Positions 61,201-64,000 of a stretch of DNA of 64,000 nucleotides are shown here, in pieces. Source of the DNA: Mobula hypostoma (lineage: Eukaryota); assembly GCF_963921235.1 (NCBI RefSeq), contig NC_086108.1, forward strand, positions 4,340,001-4,404,000, read 5' to 3'. How positions within the stretch are numbered: position 1 is the first letter of the stretch; each line of letters begins with the position of its first letter. The notes under the pieces were generated by a model. The model did no database searches. It was not told where the DNA came from and saw only the letters and a list, made by a program, of their open reading frames with translations. The position numbers were made by a program, and so were the translations under genes.

Positions 61201-64000
61201 CATCTAACTATCCTAGCGTTGTCCCACTGCTTCATCTCCCGATCTGGGTGTTGTCCCACTGTTTCAACGACCGATCCTGGTGTTGTCCCACTCCTTCATC
61301 TACCGATCCTGGTGTTGTCCCACTCCTTCATCTACCGATCTGGATGTTGTCCCAGTGTTACAACGACCGATCCTGGTGTTGTCCCACTCCTTCATCTACC
61401 CATCCTAGTGTTGTCCCACTTCTTCATCTACTTATCCTAGTGTTGTCCCACTCCTTCATCTAACTATCCTAGCGTTGTCCCACTGCTTCATCTCCCGATC
61501 TGGGTGTTGTCCCACTGTTTCAACGACCGATCCTGGTGTTGTCCCACTCCTTCATCTACCGGTCCTAGTGGTGTCACACTCCGTCACCTACCGGTCCCAG
61601 TGTTGTCCCATTCCTTCATCTACCGATCCGAGTGTTGTCCCACTCCTTCATCTACCGATCCTGGTGTTGTACCACTCCTTCATCTACCGGTCGTAGTGTT
61701 GTCCCACTTCTTCATCTACTTATCCTAGTGTTGTCCCACTCCTTCATCTAACTATCCTAGCGTTATCCCACTGCTTCATCTCCCGATCTGGGTGTTGTCC
61801 CACTGTTTCAACGACCGATCCTGGTGTTGTCCCACTTCTTCATCTACCGGTCCTAGTGGTGTCACACTCCGTCACCTACCGGCCCCAGTGTTGTCCCACG
61901 GACCGGTCCTACTGTTGTCCCACTCCTTCATCTACCGGTCGTAGTGTTGTCCCACTCCTTCATCTATATATCCTAGTGGTGTCCCACTCATTCATCTCCC
62001 GATCCTAATGTTGTCCCACTCCTTCATCTAACTATCCTAGTTTTGTCTCACTGCTTCAACTCCCGATCCGGGTGTTGTCCCACTGCTTCATCTACCGATC
62101 CTGGTGTTGTCACACTCCGTCACCTACCGGTCCTAGTGGTGTCACACTCCGTCACCTACCGGTCCCAGTGTTGTCCCACGGACCGGTCCTACTGTTGTCC
62201 CACTCCTTCATCTACCGGTCGTAGTGTTGTCCCCCACTCCGTCATCTATATATCCTAGTGGTGTCCCACTCATTCATCTCCCGATCCTAATGTTGTCCCA
62301 CTCCTTCATCTAACTATCCTAGTTTTGTCTCACTGCTTCAACTCCCGATCCAGGTGTTGTCCCACTGCTTCATCTACCGATCCTGGTGTTGTCCCACTCC
62401 TTCATCACCCGATCCGAGTGTTGTCCCACTCCTGCATTTACCGATCCTGATGTTTCCCCACTCCTTCATCTACCGATCCTATTGTTGTCCCACGTTTTCA
62501 TCTACCTCCCCTAGTGTTGTCCCACTCCTTCATCTACTGATCCTAGTGTTGTCCCAGTCCTTCGTCTACTGATCCTAGTCTTGTCCCACTTCTTCATCTA
62601 CCTTTTCTAATGTCCCACTCCTTCATCGACCGATCCTAGTGTTGTCCCAGTTCTTCATCTACCGGTCCAAGTATTGTCCCACTGACCGATCCTAGTGTTG
62701 TCCCACTCCTTCATCTACTGATCCTAGTGTTGTCCCAGTCCTTCGTCTACTGATCCTAGTCTTGTCCCACTTCTTCATCTACCGATCCTAGTGTTGTCCC
62801 ACTCCTTTATCTACCGATCCTAGTGTTGTCCCACTCCGTCATCTACCGACCCAACTGTTGTCCCACTCCTTCATCGACCCATCCTAGTGTTGTCCCACTT
62901 CTTCATCTACTTATCCTAGTGTTGTTCCACTCCTTCATCTAACTATCCTAGCGTTGTCCCACTGCTTCATCTCCCGATCTGGGTGTTGTCCCACTGTTTC
63001 AACGACCGATCCTGTTGTTGTCCCACTCCTTCATCTACCGGTCCTAGTGGTGTCACACTCCGTCACCTACCGGTCCCAGTGTTGTCCCATTCCTTCATCT
63101 ACCGGTCCGAGTGTTGTCCCACTCCGTCATCTATATATCCCACTGGTGTCCCACTCATTCATCTCCCGATCCTAATGTTGTCCCACTCCTTCATCTAACT
63201 GTCCTAGTTTTTTCGCACTGCTTCAACTCCCGATCCGGGTGTTGTCCCACTGCTTCATCTACCGATCCTGGTGTTGTTCCACAACTTCATCTCCCGAACC
63301 TAGTGTTGTCCCACTCCTTTATCTCCCGATCCGAGTGTTGTCCCATTCCTTCATCTACCGATCCGAGTGTTGTCCCACTCCGTCATCTACCGACCCAACT
63401 GTTGTCCCACTCCTTCATCTACCCATCCTAGTGTTGTCCCACTTCTTCATCTACTTATCCTAGTGTTGTCCCACTCCTTCATCTAACTATCCTAGCGTTG
63501 TCCCACTGCTTCATCTCCCGATCTGGGTGTTGTCCCACTGTTTCAACGACCGATCCTGTTGTTGTCCCACTCCTTCATCTAACTATCCTAGCGTTGTCCC
63601 ACTGCTTCATCTCCCGATCTGGGTGTTGTCCCACTGTTTCAACGACCGATCCTGTTGTTGTCCCACTCCTTCATCTACCGGTCCTAGTGGTGTCCCAGTC
63701 CATCATCTATATATCCTAGTGGTGTCCCACTCATTCATCTCCCGATCCTACTGTTGTCCCATTCCTTCATCTACCGATCCAAGTGTTGTACCACTCCTTC
63801 ATCTACCGGTCGTAGTGTTGTCCCACTCCGTCATCTATATATCCCAGTGGTGTCCCACTCATTCATCTCCCGATCCTAATGTTGTCCCACTCCTTCATCT
63901 AACTATCCTAGTTTTGTCTCACTGCTTCAACTACTGATCCGGGTGTTGTCCCACTGCTTCATCTACCGATCCTGGTGTTGTCCGATTCCTTCATCTACCA
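55235..64000. repeat. 32-bp satellite array (roughly 270 units), extending beyond the window
   Basis: Consensus GTCCCACTCCTTCATCTACCGATCCTAGTGTT with variant units, occasional 24-bp deleted units and recurring multi-unit blocks. Confidence 0.97.

Noticed and set aside
55512..63937. Many Cys/Pro/Ser-rich ORFs
   Set aside because: These are translations of the 32-bp satellite; the unit is not a multiple of 3 and stops are frequent.
55235..64000. 32-bp repeat as a CRISPR array or telomere
   Set aside because: There are no spacers and no TTAGGG units; it is a head-to-tail degenerate satellite.

Overview
Eukaryotic (vertebrate) genomic DNA; the repeat content suggests a cartilaginous fish such as a ray (inference). 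The one host gene I can support is an 11-coding-exon ZFYVE1/DFCP1-like gene on the minus strand (ATG 53060 to TGA 18713). Assembled by hand, it has all GT-AG junctions with compatible phases (1923 nt, 640 aa), a P-loop NTPase domain and two FYVE domains, but apparently lacks the N-terminal zinc-finger region of canonical ZFYVE1. The rest is mostly retroelements: the intact-looking 5' half of an L1 nested in a CR1, several CR1 LINEs, Rex1/Babar fragments, Penelope-like elements with minimal hammerhead ribozyme motifs (often as long inverted pairs), V-SINEs, solo LTR-like elements, RTE-derived elements and DNA-transposon remnants. Tandem repeats include four arrays of a 95-bp Rex/Babar-derived unit, a 39-bp splice-site-like minisatellite, a ~67-bp CR1-derived array and a >8.7-kb 32-bp satellite running off the right edge. 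The main points of interest are near-identical 95-bp arrays inside diverged LINE copies, an inversion between Penelope copies shown by swapped target-site duplications (TSDs), hammerhead motifs, and the N-terminally shortened ZFYVE1-like gene. There is no CRISPR array and nothing prokaryotic.
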